Part shown: piece by piece, positions 22,908 through 31,093 of the stretch
Layout: every line of letters begins with the position of its first letter
Numbering within the stretch: the stretch's first letter is position 1
Assembly (NCBI GenBank): GCA_024276825.1
Contig: JAJRWI010000064.1
Location: 1 to 31,093, forward strand
Length of the DNA stretch: 31,093 nt
Direction: 5' to 3'
Source of the DNA: an archaeon
Lineage (GTDB): Archaea; Asgardarchaeota; Thorarchaeia; Thorarchaeales; Thorarchaeaceae
Notes under the pieces: model-generated
What the model was told of the DNA's origin: nothing
What the model saw: only the letters and a program-made list of their open reading frames with translations
Databases searched by the model: none
Made by a program: the position numbers and the translations under genes

Positions 22908-25202
22908 TCAATGGTTAAATAAAATCCCAGTATCATCATTCAAATCAAAATAGCTGATAGATGGAAACTCTGCGATTACTTTAATCATTCCATCAGTCTG
23001 ACTCTTGTTGACAACTAAATTGCCTCCGAGTCGCTTTATTAGGATTACCACAACTTGAAGTCTTAGCGTTTTTGTGTCAAGGGAGTTCAAGTCTTTTAGT
23101 TCAAGCAATTCCAAATTGTCAATGTATGGGAATGACAGACTGACTTGCCAGAATGCACTCTCTGTATGATGAACGGGCTTTAATTTAATTGTCAGTATGT
23201 CATTATTGTCTAACGAATCAAGGATGAATATGATTAGATTAATGAATGCCTTCTGCAAAGAGTCATTAGCCCTAATCTGTGCATTATCAATGATCTCCAG
23301 GAATATTCGATTCTGAATTGAGTCATAATGCTTTGCAATCACATCAAGAGCACCAATAATCATGCTGGCAAGATTCACTTCCTGCAAAAAGCTCTCATCA
23401 ATTTGTTCTATCTCATTGAGAAATCGAACATCCGAAATAATCCGATCTGCCATAAAAATCGCATGCCTGGCTGTTTCCAAAAGATCATCCTTATTATCAG
23501 AAGGCACATTGTCATTTGCAACAAGTTCTACTGAGCTGAGCGCAATCTGATTATAATTGGTGATGTCATGAATTAGAATATCGGCAAACAAATTTGCACG
23601 TTCTTTTGACATATAATATTCATTTAAGGCCTTCACATAAAGCCATGCGAAAATTACAGGTCCCACAATAAATGTCCCAAAAATCAATAGCTCTGAAATA
23701 TACCATCCAGAGCTCCATTGATGATAAAAGATCATGAAGATGTTTGGAACAATTAGAGCTGTGCAGTATATCACTAAATATGCTTCAACAGATGAAGATC
23801 CTCTATTGCTTGTATAGAGATAAAACAGCAGATAGATGAATCCTACCAGCATGATGGAATTTGTAATTATTATTACGCCGCGTGCGATATTTGAACTCAC
23901 AAATAGGTTAAGTGTAGAATATGCGAATTGTTGAATATATTCTGCAATCAACAAGAGGATAAAAAAGAATACTCCCAAAAGTCCAAGTTGCTTTGCTGAA
24001 TGATCCGGGACATGACTCTTTCTTGATTGAGTAGTCCGTGCAATTATCAGTACCTGAATAAAGACTGCGATTACGCTTGCACTGGTATATGGCGCAATGA
24101 AAGGCTCATTGTATGATGGAAGTGGCAAGTAAAATGCAATTGCGGAAATTCCCGATGCTGCACCCCAGAGGTAGAAAAACAAAACAATCGGATAATGGTT
24201 CATTCTTGGGTAGATGTTTGAATAAACTAGCAAAAGTGACCCCATCATCAATGCAATTATACAAGACACTAGGTGCATTATAGTATATGCGAACAAGTTA
24301 GGACCCGAGAGCGGAATAGCAATAAGCCCTGATTCAAGGACAATAATAGTTAAGAATGGAATATAGATTAGCATTTGAACTATTAGAATGCCCATATAAC
24401 TAAATGAACGATTAAACCCAATTCGTCTCAAATGTGGAATGCCTGTACTGAATCCTAGAACGAAGAATGACGCAATTATTAGGTTCTCTGAATAAATCCA
24501 TTGACCCCCATCCGGATGAAATGCAAGAATGATAAATGAAATCCAAAGTAAAGCAATAGCACTAATAAAATAGCCCGGATCAATGCCAAATTGCATTGTC
24601 TTGAACTTCATCGCTTTTGTGATCAATAGCCCAAAGATGGCTGATCCAAGTACGCCACTAATTAACCTAAATGCGAAAAGAAGCTCAGATGGTGCAAAAT
24701 GAACAAGATAGAACCAGGCTAATGTGAATACCAATAATGGTGCAAATATGACGCCTGTCAAATATAATCTGGTTCGAAGCCGGTTTTTCAACAGTGAACT
24801 CTCACCATTGATGCTAAGTGCAATCAGCAAATATAATGCAAAGATGAAGATTTCAAACAAGTAATGAGTTGAAACCCGTATTCCAATCTGATGCAGATTG
24901 ACTCCAAAAAGAAGTATGTAAACAGAACTGAGAAGATGGATGATGAATACAATTAGAAGGGCAGAGATAAGAAATAATCCACTCTTGGCGGGCCTCTGCT
25001 GAAATTTCAAGATAGAAACAACTAGTGAAACAATAATCAATCCTACCATAATTAAATTAATGCTGGACCTTGTGATAGTCGTATATGACACAAGATTAGC
25101 ATGGTTCAAAACATGATACATGCTGACTGAGGTGAGGATTAGCACTATGACAAGTTTTAGTAATGCTCGAAGTTCTCTACTTTCCAAATCCATGTTCCTC
25201 AT
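22908..25202 (-). CDS. About 16-TM membrane sensor fused to a HisKA domain and a degenerate HATPase domain
   Basis: About 520 aa of TM helices; H-box ADILIHDITNYNQ; LQEVNL; LQKAFINLI; LIKRLGGNLVV. N, G1 and G2 boxes are missing. Confidence 0.8.
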   Translation of the reverse strand: MRNMDLESRELRALLKLVIVLILTSVSMYHVLNHANLVSYTTITRSSINLIMVGLIIVSLVVSILKFQQRPAKSGLFLISALLIVFIIHLLSSVYILLFGVNLHQIGIRVSTHYLFEIFIFALYLLIALSINGESSLLKNRLRTRLYLTGVIFAPLLVFTLAWFYLVHFAPSELLFAFRLISGVLGSAIFGLLITKAMKFKTMQFGIDPGYFISAIALLWISFIILAFHPDGGQWIYSENLIIASFFVLGFSTGIPHLRRIGFNRSFSYMGILIVQMLIYIPFLTIIVLESGLIAIPLSGPNLFAYTIMHLVSCIIALMMGSLLLVYSNIYPRMNHYPIVLFFYLWGAASGISAIAFYLPLPSYNEPFIAPYTSASVIAVFIQVLIIARTTQSRKSHVPDHSAKQLGLLGVFFFILLLIAEYIQQFAYSTLNLFVSSNIARGVIIITNSIMLVGFIYLLFYLYTSNRGSSSVEAYLVIYCTALIVPNIFMIFYHQWSSGWYISELLIFGTFIVGPVIFAWLYVKALNEYYMSKERANLFADILIHDITNYNQIALSSVELVANDNVPSDNKDDLLETARHAIFMADRIISDVRFLNEIEQIDESFLQEVNLASMIIGALDVIAKHYDSIQNRIFLEIIDNAQIRANDSLQKAFINLIIFILDSLDNNDILTIKLKPVHHTESAFWQVSLSFPYIDNLELLELKDLNSLDTKTLRLQVVVILIKRLGGNLVVNKSQTDGMIKVIAEFPSISYFDLNDDTGILFNH

Positions 25203-25267
25203 CTTGAAAATCCATATGAAAAGTGTATTTTAGATGTTATCCGTTGATATTACTGCGGCTGATATGC

Positions 25268-27286
25268 ATGACTCAAAACTCCTCTCCAATTGCGAATGAA
25301 CACATTGGCTCAAAAATCAATATGATACTCAATAAAATGACACTCGAGCAGAAATTTAGAATCCTCACTAGTCATGGTCTTCATAGGTTCTATTCTACTA
25401 GGCCCATTGAAAATCTTGGCATCAACTCTTTCAAAATGCCCGATGGCCCACTTGGCGTGGCCTACCACTCAAGCTGGAAAAAAAACACCCGGTTCCCCAC
25501 AACAAAGGCGCTTGCCGCCTCATGGAATAGGTCTCTTGCAATGGCTGTTGGAGTCGCTATTGCTGAAGAAGTCAGGGCCTTGAATAAGCACATGATTCTT
25601 GCTCCCGCGGTTAATATAGACCGAACTCCTCTGAATGGCCGAACTTTTGAATACTACAGCGAAGATCCATTTCTGACCAAGGAGATGGCAATACAATTTG
25701 TCAAAGGAGTTCAAAGCCTTGGAGTGGGAGCATGTGTAAAGCATTTTGTCGCAAATAATCAAGAAACAAATCGTCGAAAAGTTGATGCCATTATTGATGA
25801 GCGAACGTTGCATGAAATATATCTGCGGGCATTCAAAGAGATCATTATTCACTCAGAGCCATATGCTGTCATGGCATGCTATAACAAGGTAAATGGAATA
25901 TATGGCTGTGCGCATCGCGAGCTGATCAGAGAGACCCTCATGCAGAAATGGGGATTCAAAGGCATGGTCATCTCCGACTGGTTTGCTACAAGTAATGTTA
26001 AGTCCACTGCTGACTGTGTAAATGCTGGTCTGACTCTTGAGATGCCCTGGCCAAAGCGCTACAAGACAAAGAACCTGAAACAGTCATTTGCAAATGGCGA
26101 ATTCTCTGAAGCACTGCTTGATGATCTGGTCCGAAGAAATCTCCGCGTATTCTATCTCACAGGTGCAATTGGAAACGTCAAAAACCTACCAAGCGGGTCT
26201 CGAAACACACCTGAACATCAAAAACTTGCAAGACATGTCGCAGAAGAAGGTATAGTCTTGCTGAAAAATGATGGAAACCTTTTGCCCCTTGATACTGGTT
26301 CCATTGACTCCATTCATCTTGATGGACCTAACTTGAAGAAGAAGTTCGGAAAATTCCTTTATGGCGGTTCTTCTGCTGTTGTGCCGCCATATGAGATCAC
26401 TCCATATGATGCACTAGCAAGGCGATTAAAAGATAAAGTTAGAATCGTCAAGAATCCTTCGAATGCAGATATCTCAGTAATATTCGCCGGACTGAACCAT
26501 AGTCTTGGAATGGACTCTGAAAACCGAGACCGCAAGACCCTGAAACTGCCAGATAAGCAGATACGCCTTATTTATGACACTCTCGATGTTAACCCTAACA
26601 CGATTGTTGTGCTGATCTCCGGAAGTCCAATCACCATGAATGGCTGGTTAGAGCGGACTCCAGCTATTCTTCAAGCCTGGTATCCTGGAATGGAGGGGGG
26701 CAATGCAATAGCCAACATCCTATTTGGAGAGGTTTCTCCATCTGGAAAGTTACCCATCACTTTTCCGATGAATATCATCGACTCGCCTGCTCATGCACTT
26801 GACTCACCACGAACTTATCCCGGTGATGAGAATAACAGGGTCTTCTATGAAGAGGGGATACTTATTGGGTATCGGTGGTTTGATGCAAAAGGAATAATGC
26901 CTTTATTCCCATTTGGATTTGGTCTCTCATATACCGAGTTTGAAATTGTTGATGCTTTTGCTGACAAAGTTTCATATGACCAAGAATCGTTTATTGTGAA
27001 TGTAAATGTGAGAAACACAGGGCAGGCAAATGGTGCTGAAGTCATTCAGTTGTATTCACACCAACTAGAACCAACAGTGCCGAGACCTCCAAATGAACTG
27101 GTTGGATTTGAAAAATGCCCTCTCGCCCCTGACGAGAGCGTGAATTTGAAAATTGGGATTAATATTCAGGATTTGGGCTATTACGATGTAGACTCGCATG
27201 CATGGATAGTGGATCGCGGCCAGTATGAATTGTCGGTTGGCAATTCATCACGTAATTTCATCAGAACCGTTCAGATTGAACTATAA
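25268..27286 (+). CDS. Glycoside hydrolase family 3 beta-glucosidase with C-terminal Fn3-like domain
   Basis: MTLEQK, DGPLGV, GRTFEYYSEDP, KHFVAN, VMACYN, ISDW (nucleophile), VLLKND, PSGKLPITFP, YEEGILIGYRWFD, PFGFGLSYT, ELVGFEK. No signal peptide; ATG 25268 preferred. Confidence 0.96.
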   Translation: MTQNSSPIANEHIGSKINMILNKMTLEQKFRILTSHGLHRFYSTRPIENLGINSFKMPDGPLGVAYHSSWKKNTRFPTTKALAASWNRSLAMAVGVAIAEEVRALNKHMILAPAVNIDRTPLNGRTFEYYSEDPFLTKEMAIQFVKGVQSLGVGACVKHFVANNQETNRRKVDAIIDERTLHEIYLRAFKEIIIHSEPYAVMACYNKVNGIYGCAHRELIRETLMQKWGFKGMVISDWFATSNVKSTADCVNAGLTLEMPWPKRYKTKNLKQSFANGEFSEALLDDLVRRNLRVFYLTGAIGNVKNLPSGSRNTPEHQKLARHVAEEGIVLLKNDGNLLPLDTGSIDSIHLDGPNLKKKFGKFLYGGSSAVVPPYEITPYDALARRLKDKVRIVKNPSNADISVIFAGLNHSLGMDSENRDRKTLKLPDKQIRLIYDTLDVNPNTIVVLISGSPITMNGWLERTPAILQAWYPGMEGGNAIANILFGEVSPSGKLPITFPMNIIDSPAHALDSPRTYPGDENNRVFYEEGILIGYRWFDAKGIMPLFPFGFGLSYTEFEIVDAFADKVSYDQESFIVNVNVRNTGQANGAEVIQLYSHQLEPTVPRPPNELVGFEKCPLAPDESVNLKIGINIQDLGYYDVDSHAWIVDRGQYELSVGNSSRNFIRTVQIEL

Positions 27287-27350
27287 GCGCTCATTATTCA
27301 GACCAAGCACTTGATAAGGGCAATGATGTTTAATTACGCCGTGAACTGCG

Positions 27351-27674
27351 ATGAACATTGTCAACGAATCAAACATAACTTCAGTTCGGGTTAGGGGCTC
27401 AAGAGGTCATGTTGAGGTAATGGACATCCTTACGGGAGCCATCACAGTAGGCGTGAGAATTGTTCCCCCGTATAGTAATGTACCTGAGAAGACCCATGCT
27501 CATCCAGAGAAACAAATCATCTACGTAATTGAAGGACAAGCAAGCATCACTAATGGCGATGATACTTTTACAATTTCAGATGGCGACTTTGTGCTTTTGG
27601 ACGAAAATGAGGAACATTATGTGATAACAGACTCCCAAGCAGTGAAGCTGTTTGAAATAAAATACAGCATCTGA
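27351..27674 (+). CDS. Cupin domain protein
   Basis: HAHPEKQIIYVIEG and GDFVLL..NEEH cupin metal motifs. Confidence 0.9.
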   Translation: MNIVNESNITSVRVRGSRGHVEVMDILTGAITVGVRIVPPYSNVPEKTHAHPEKQIIYVIEGQASITNGDDTFTISDGDFVLLDENEEHYVITDSQAVKLFEIKYSI

Positions 27675-27757
27675 TATAATTTAATAGAGTCGCACAAAGT
27701 ATATACCTTTGATATATTAAACTTAAATCAGCCAGTCCTGTTGTTTGAGGGAAAGAC

Positions 27758-29335
27758 ATGAGTGATGAAAGACTCAGCGAGAAAGAAAAAGAAAAGCTAC
27801 TTGAGACCTTGAAACAAGCCAGTCTGGATGAAAGTGAGATCAAGGCCATGGCGATTGGTGAAGGTGGCGAGGAAGACTCTCTCTCAATTGAGACCGAGGA
27901 GGACTTGATATCTGCTGCTGCTTCCGCCCTGGAATTTGTGGAGAGTCTTGAGGGTCCAAGTGAGGTGGAACCATTTCCCGAGTCTGGAGAGGCAGTTTCT
28001 GGATTTGATGCATTACTAGCAAAGCTCGAACAGCTCAGAGCTGACATCTCATCCCTTCAACGTGGAGTAGTAGGAGTCTTTGCAGCTCAATTGCTCACTT
28101 TTCGTGGCAAAGTTGTTGAACTCAAGTCGCGAATCTCTGAGGAGATGGTTGAAAGGCTGAAGATGAAGTTCTTCAAGAATTTCATCGAGTCCACATTTGT
28201 TGATATTGTTGATAATGAGTTTGCTGCCCTCGAGAAGGAACTGGTTGATAAAATCGTTGAACAGACACAAGAACGATTCAAGGAGTTTGCTCAAAGAGTC
28301 AGAGAGTCTGAGATGGACCTGAGGTCCACCATTGTCGAGCAACAGGACGTGGTCAGGTCATTCATGAAGAGCCTTGAAGAAGAAGCCGCCGCAACAAAAG
28401 AAGAATTGATGGAGAAGGAACGCAACATTAAAACTCTAAAGGAAACCATAAAGAAGCTTCAAGCTGAGATTGACAAATATCGCACAGCCACCATGTCTAC
28501 TGAGGAACTGGCACGAAAAGTTGATGATCTCACAGCACAAGTCGAATCGCTCAAGGCTGAAGTTGCAAAGAAGAGTGCAACAATCGATTCGTTGACAAAA
28601 GAACTTGAGCAGGCCAAGGCTGAAACCCAAGAGTACTCGATGAAGCTTGGTGAGGCAATAAGTCAGATTGAAGTGCTTAAAGCTGAGAAAGTGGTCGTTC
28701 CCGAAACCTCAACTAAGAGTGATGCGGAATTTCAAGCACTGGAGAAGAAAGTTGAACTATTGGAGTCTGCCCTTGCTGATAAGCGCCGCGAGGCTGAACA
28801 ACTGGAACTAAAAATTCATGAACTTGAGAGTAAAGTCGAGGATGCTCTGAAACAAAAAGAAATTGCCGAAAAGGAGGCTGAGGCAAGACTCAAAGAATTG
28901 GAGGTCCTTCATGAAAAATTCCAAGAGTTCACCTCACTCGAACAAAGAGTCTATGACCTTGAAGCAGAGATTGAGGGACACAAGCAGAAACTTCAGATTG
29001 TAGAAATGCAAAGCGAGGCCTATCAGAAGGCCACTAGATTAATGGAGAAAGAACGCGACATTGCTCTTGAACAACGAGACCTAGCAATGGAGAGAATGCG
29101 TCGCTATATCAAGGTCATGGAGGGTGAGGCCAGCACAAAGGCACTCATCATTGTCGATGAGGTTGGATCAATCACTCTAAAGGAGCTAGCCAAGACTCTC
29201 GGAAAGCCCGTGGCTCTCGTTACAAAATATATTCGGGAACTCGAAAAGCTTGGTGTTGTCAAGCTTGAGGGTAACACTGCAAAATCAACTTTGAAGGACA
29301 TCGAACTTGAAGAGGGAGAAGTCAAAGTAGACTAG
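27758..29335 (+). CDS. Long coiled-coil protein with acidic N-terminus and C-terminal winged-helix domain
   Basis: About 290 aa of heptad-rich sequence; C-terminal ALIIVDEVGSITLKELAKTLGKPVALVTKYIRELEKLGVVKLEG wHTH; no Walker motifs. GAGGG SD upstream. Confidence 0.85.
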   Translation: MSDERLSEKEKEKLLETLKQASLDESEIKAMAIGEGGEEDSLSIETEEDLISAAASALEFVESLEGPSEVEPFPESGEAVSGFDALLAKLEQLRADISSLQRGVVGVFAAQLLTFRGKVVELKSRISEEMVERLKMKFFKNFIESTFVDIVDNEFAALEKELVDKIVEQTQERFKEFAQRVRESEMDLRSTIVEQQDVVRSFMKSLEEEAAATKEELMEKERNIKTLKETIKKLQAEIDKYRTATMSTEELARKVDDLTAQVESLKAEVAKKSATIDSLTKELEQAKAETQEYSMKLGEAISQIEVLKAEKVVVPETSTKSDAEFQALEKKVELLESALADKRREAEQLELKIHELESKVEDALKQKEIAEKEAEARLKELEVLHEKFQEFTSLEQRVYDLEAEIEGHKQKLQIVEMQSEAYQKATRLMEKERDIALEQRDLAMERMRRYIKVMEGEASTKALIIVDEVGSITLKELAKTLGKPVALVTKYIRELEKLGVVKLEGNTAKSTLKDIELEEGEVKVD

Positions 29336-29694
29336 AACTCTATACTACGATCTCCCTTCTCAAATTCCTCAACAATATTTAGCCAGTAGTTGGACATTTT
29401 CTCCAGTGCTCTAGCAAAGTCCTTGGAAAGTCTGAACATGTTGTTTCGCTTTTCAATCAGACCAACATCTATTAGTTTACGACGGACCTTGACATATAGT
29501 CCCCTGCTAGACAACATTAAACGTTCCCAATCTTTATCGGGTACCGAACCATCTGCCTTCATGATCTCATTGAGAATTTTTGCAGCCTGCTCAACTTGTT
29601 GTTCTGTAAAGAATATATATCTCAGTAAATAGCGTGGAGCCAATAACGATGGCCTTCTGACCACTTTAATTTTCTGCGGTCCCTTCGATGGCAT
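29332..29694 (-). CDS. Small archaeal winged-helix protein of unknown function
   Basis: LYVKVRRKLIDVGLIEKRNNMFRLSKDF is a recognition-helix plus wing pattern. ATG at 29694 (ORF opens at 29739). Stop overlaps the opposing gene's stop in CTAG. Confidence 0.75.
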   Translation of the reverse strand: MPSKGPQKIKVVRRPSLLAPRYLLRYIFFTEQQVEQAAKILNEIMKADGSVPDKDWERLMLSSRGLYVKVRRKLIDVGLIEKRNNMFRLSKDFARALEKMSNYWLNIVEEFEKGDRSIEF

Positions 29695-29809
29695 ATTCAA
29701 CAACTGAGTATAGTTAATGATATTGCAATAAATAGGCAAGTATTACATGAACAACATTAATTCAACTCATATTGCACTGAATTGAAATACATCAGAATCA
29801 GTATATTTG

Positions 29810-29847
29810 AGATATTTCTCATAATAACCAAATCTTGAGAAATATCT
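29810..29847. promoter_or_regulatory. Perfect 12-bp inverted repeat with 14-nt spacer
   Basis: AGATATTTCTCA (29810-29821) and TGAGAAATATCT (29836-29847); extends by TTTG/CAAA with a one-base bulge. Confidence 0.55.
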
Positions 29848-30042
29848 ACAAACCCATCATATAATAATCAATGTTGACATGCACAGTAAATGAAATTAAT
29901 GAACAAGACTCCAATCAGATGCTGCATTTGGTCGTATCTGCATGCTTTCAATAATCATACTCCTAGTTTCATATATGTTGGATTATTAATGAACCACTTT
30001 TGCACTATGAAATAATGCTTAACAAGGAATTTCTTTCTATTT

Positions 30043-31093
30043 TCATCCAATGGCCATTTTAACATCAACAGCACAGACACCCTTGCCTTTTTCATATCCA
30101 AATAGTGGATTAATATCAAGCTCAACGATTGCATCGATATCAGAAACAAGTTGACTTATTCGTAGAATGATGTCCTCAATTGCCTCCATGTCGTTGGGGG
30201 CCTCACCTCGTACTCCCTCTAGCAACACGCTGATCTTGGTTTCTGAGATCATCTCACGAACATCAGACCGTGTCATTGGAGCGAGTCTAAACGAGACATC
30301 CTTGAGATAGTTGACATAGATTCCACCCGCACCGAACATGATTAGGGGGCCAAACTGAACATCACGTGAGCAACCAACAATCAATTCACGACCCTGTTCA
30401 ACCATCTCCTGAACATCAATACCCAGAATCTCTGCATCAGGTCTGTTCTCTTTGACATTTTTCATAATTCTGTTAAATGCCTCTTCGACCTCTTCTGGCG
30501 AGTTCAATCCAATGACGAGTCCTCCAACATCACTCTTGTGAACAATATCTGGACTTGCGATTTTCAGCACTACTGGAAAGCCAAGTTCCTCAGCTCTGAT
30601 CTTGGCCTCTTCAGCAGTCTTTGCAAGTCGAATCCTAGCAATTGGGATACCATAAGCCTCGGCTATTGCATGAGCCTCATTACCGAGGAGTATTTTTCTG
30701 CCAGTTGCTTTTACAGACTCGATTATCTCTAGGGCCCGTTTTTTGTCAACCTTGAATTTTGGAATCTTCTCGTCTTTGAGGGTGTCACGTCTAACAGTGT
30801 AATGATAGAGTTCGGCAAGAGCAAAGACAGCACGTTCTGGAAAGTCAAATGCTGGTATCGATCCTTCAGCAAGAATTATCCTTGGATAGACCATCGAGTT
30901 GCCGCCCATAAAGACCGCGAGAAGTGGTTTCTCGGAATACTTGTCATGAACCTCAACAAGTGCTTGAGCGGTCTCCGGGACCTGCGTCATGGCTTGTGGA
31001 GTGAGAATCACAATTACAGCATCGACATTGTCATCTTTCATTGGCGCTTCTACACATATTCTATAGTCCTCTGCTGATGCTGTTCCAAGGGCA
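30043..31093 (-). CDS. ADP-forming acetate/acyl-CoA synthetase, fused alpha-beta (3' part; truncated by window edge)
   Basis: Frame is open to the window end (ALGTASAEDY...). VDAVIVILTPQAMT, FPERAV, GFPVVLKIASPDIVHKSDVGG, ELIVG...DVQFGPLIMFGAGGIYV, ELDINPL, AVD. Confidence 0.95.
   Translation of the reverse strand, partial: ALGTASAEDYRICVEAPMKDDNVDAVIVILTPQAMTQVPETAQALVEVHDKYSEKPLLAVFMGGNSMVYPRIILAEGSIPAFDFPERAVFALAELYHYTVRRDTLKDEKIPKFKVDKKRALEIIESVKATGRKILLGNEAHAIAEAYGIPIARIRLAKTAEEAKIRAEELGFPVVLKIASPDIVHKSDVGGLVIGLNSPEEVEEAFNRIMKNVKENRPDAEILGIDVQEMVEQGRELIVGCSRDVQFGPLIMFGAGGIYVNYLKDVSFRLAPMTRSDVREMISETKISVLLEGVRGEAPNDMEAIEDIILRISQLVSDIDAIVELDINPLFGYEKGKGVCAVDVKMAIG

Noticed and set aside
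27758-29335. SMC/Rad50 annotation
   Set aside because: No Walker A/B, signature motif, hinge or zinc hook.
29955-30149. 64-aa ORF overlapping the ACD 3' end
   Set aside because: Alternative-frame overlap with a strong gene and no coding features.
2028-31077. Numerous 60-160 aa ORFs nested in or antisense to the main genes (e.g. 8928-9260, 19748-20080, 27568-28047)
   Set aside because: Shadow ORFs of well-supported genes with no independent motifs.
1-31093. Complete avoidance of GTAC or CCWGG as confirmation of R-M specificity
   Set aside because: Both occur repeatedly (GTAC at 68, 361, 4941; CCTGG at 676, 10322, 17513). Partial depletion would need a proper count that I could not do.

Overview
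Archaeal chromosomal DNA, probably an Asgard archaeon (Thorarchaeia-like). This is inferred from gene content: geranylgeranyl reductase, TrmB, fused ADP-forming acyl-CoA synthetase, LipS2 with split LplA/LplB, giant glycosylated LVIVD/Ca-repeat membrane proteins, and frequent TTG/GTG starts. A core metabolic backbone (ureohydrolase, TrmB-GGR operon, lipS2-lplA-lplB, GH3 beta-glucosidase, cupin, ACD) is interrupted by two AT-richer, tail-to-tail type II restriction-modification cassettes: RsaI/MjaV-like (predicted GTAC) and MvaI-like (predicted CCWGG), both with m4C-type methyltransferases. The most notable items are: (i) a 2893-aa receptor-like type I membrane protein whose 56 LVIVD-type repeats parse into 8 x 7 blades, followed by 17 Ca-binding repeats, one TM helix and a helical cytoplasmic tail; (ii) twin 20-bp palindromic operator candidates in front of a TrmB translationally coupled to the lipid-saturating GGR; (iii) a 16-TM (2 x 8) sensor fused to a histidine kinase with a degenerate ATP-binding domain; (iv) a long coiled-coil/winged-helix protein converging on a small winged-helix gene; (v) a 15-bp direct repeat bracketing the MvaI cassette. 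I saw no CRISPR array, rRNA, tRNA, transposase or integrase. Family assignments come from remembered motifs and sequences, not database searches.
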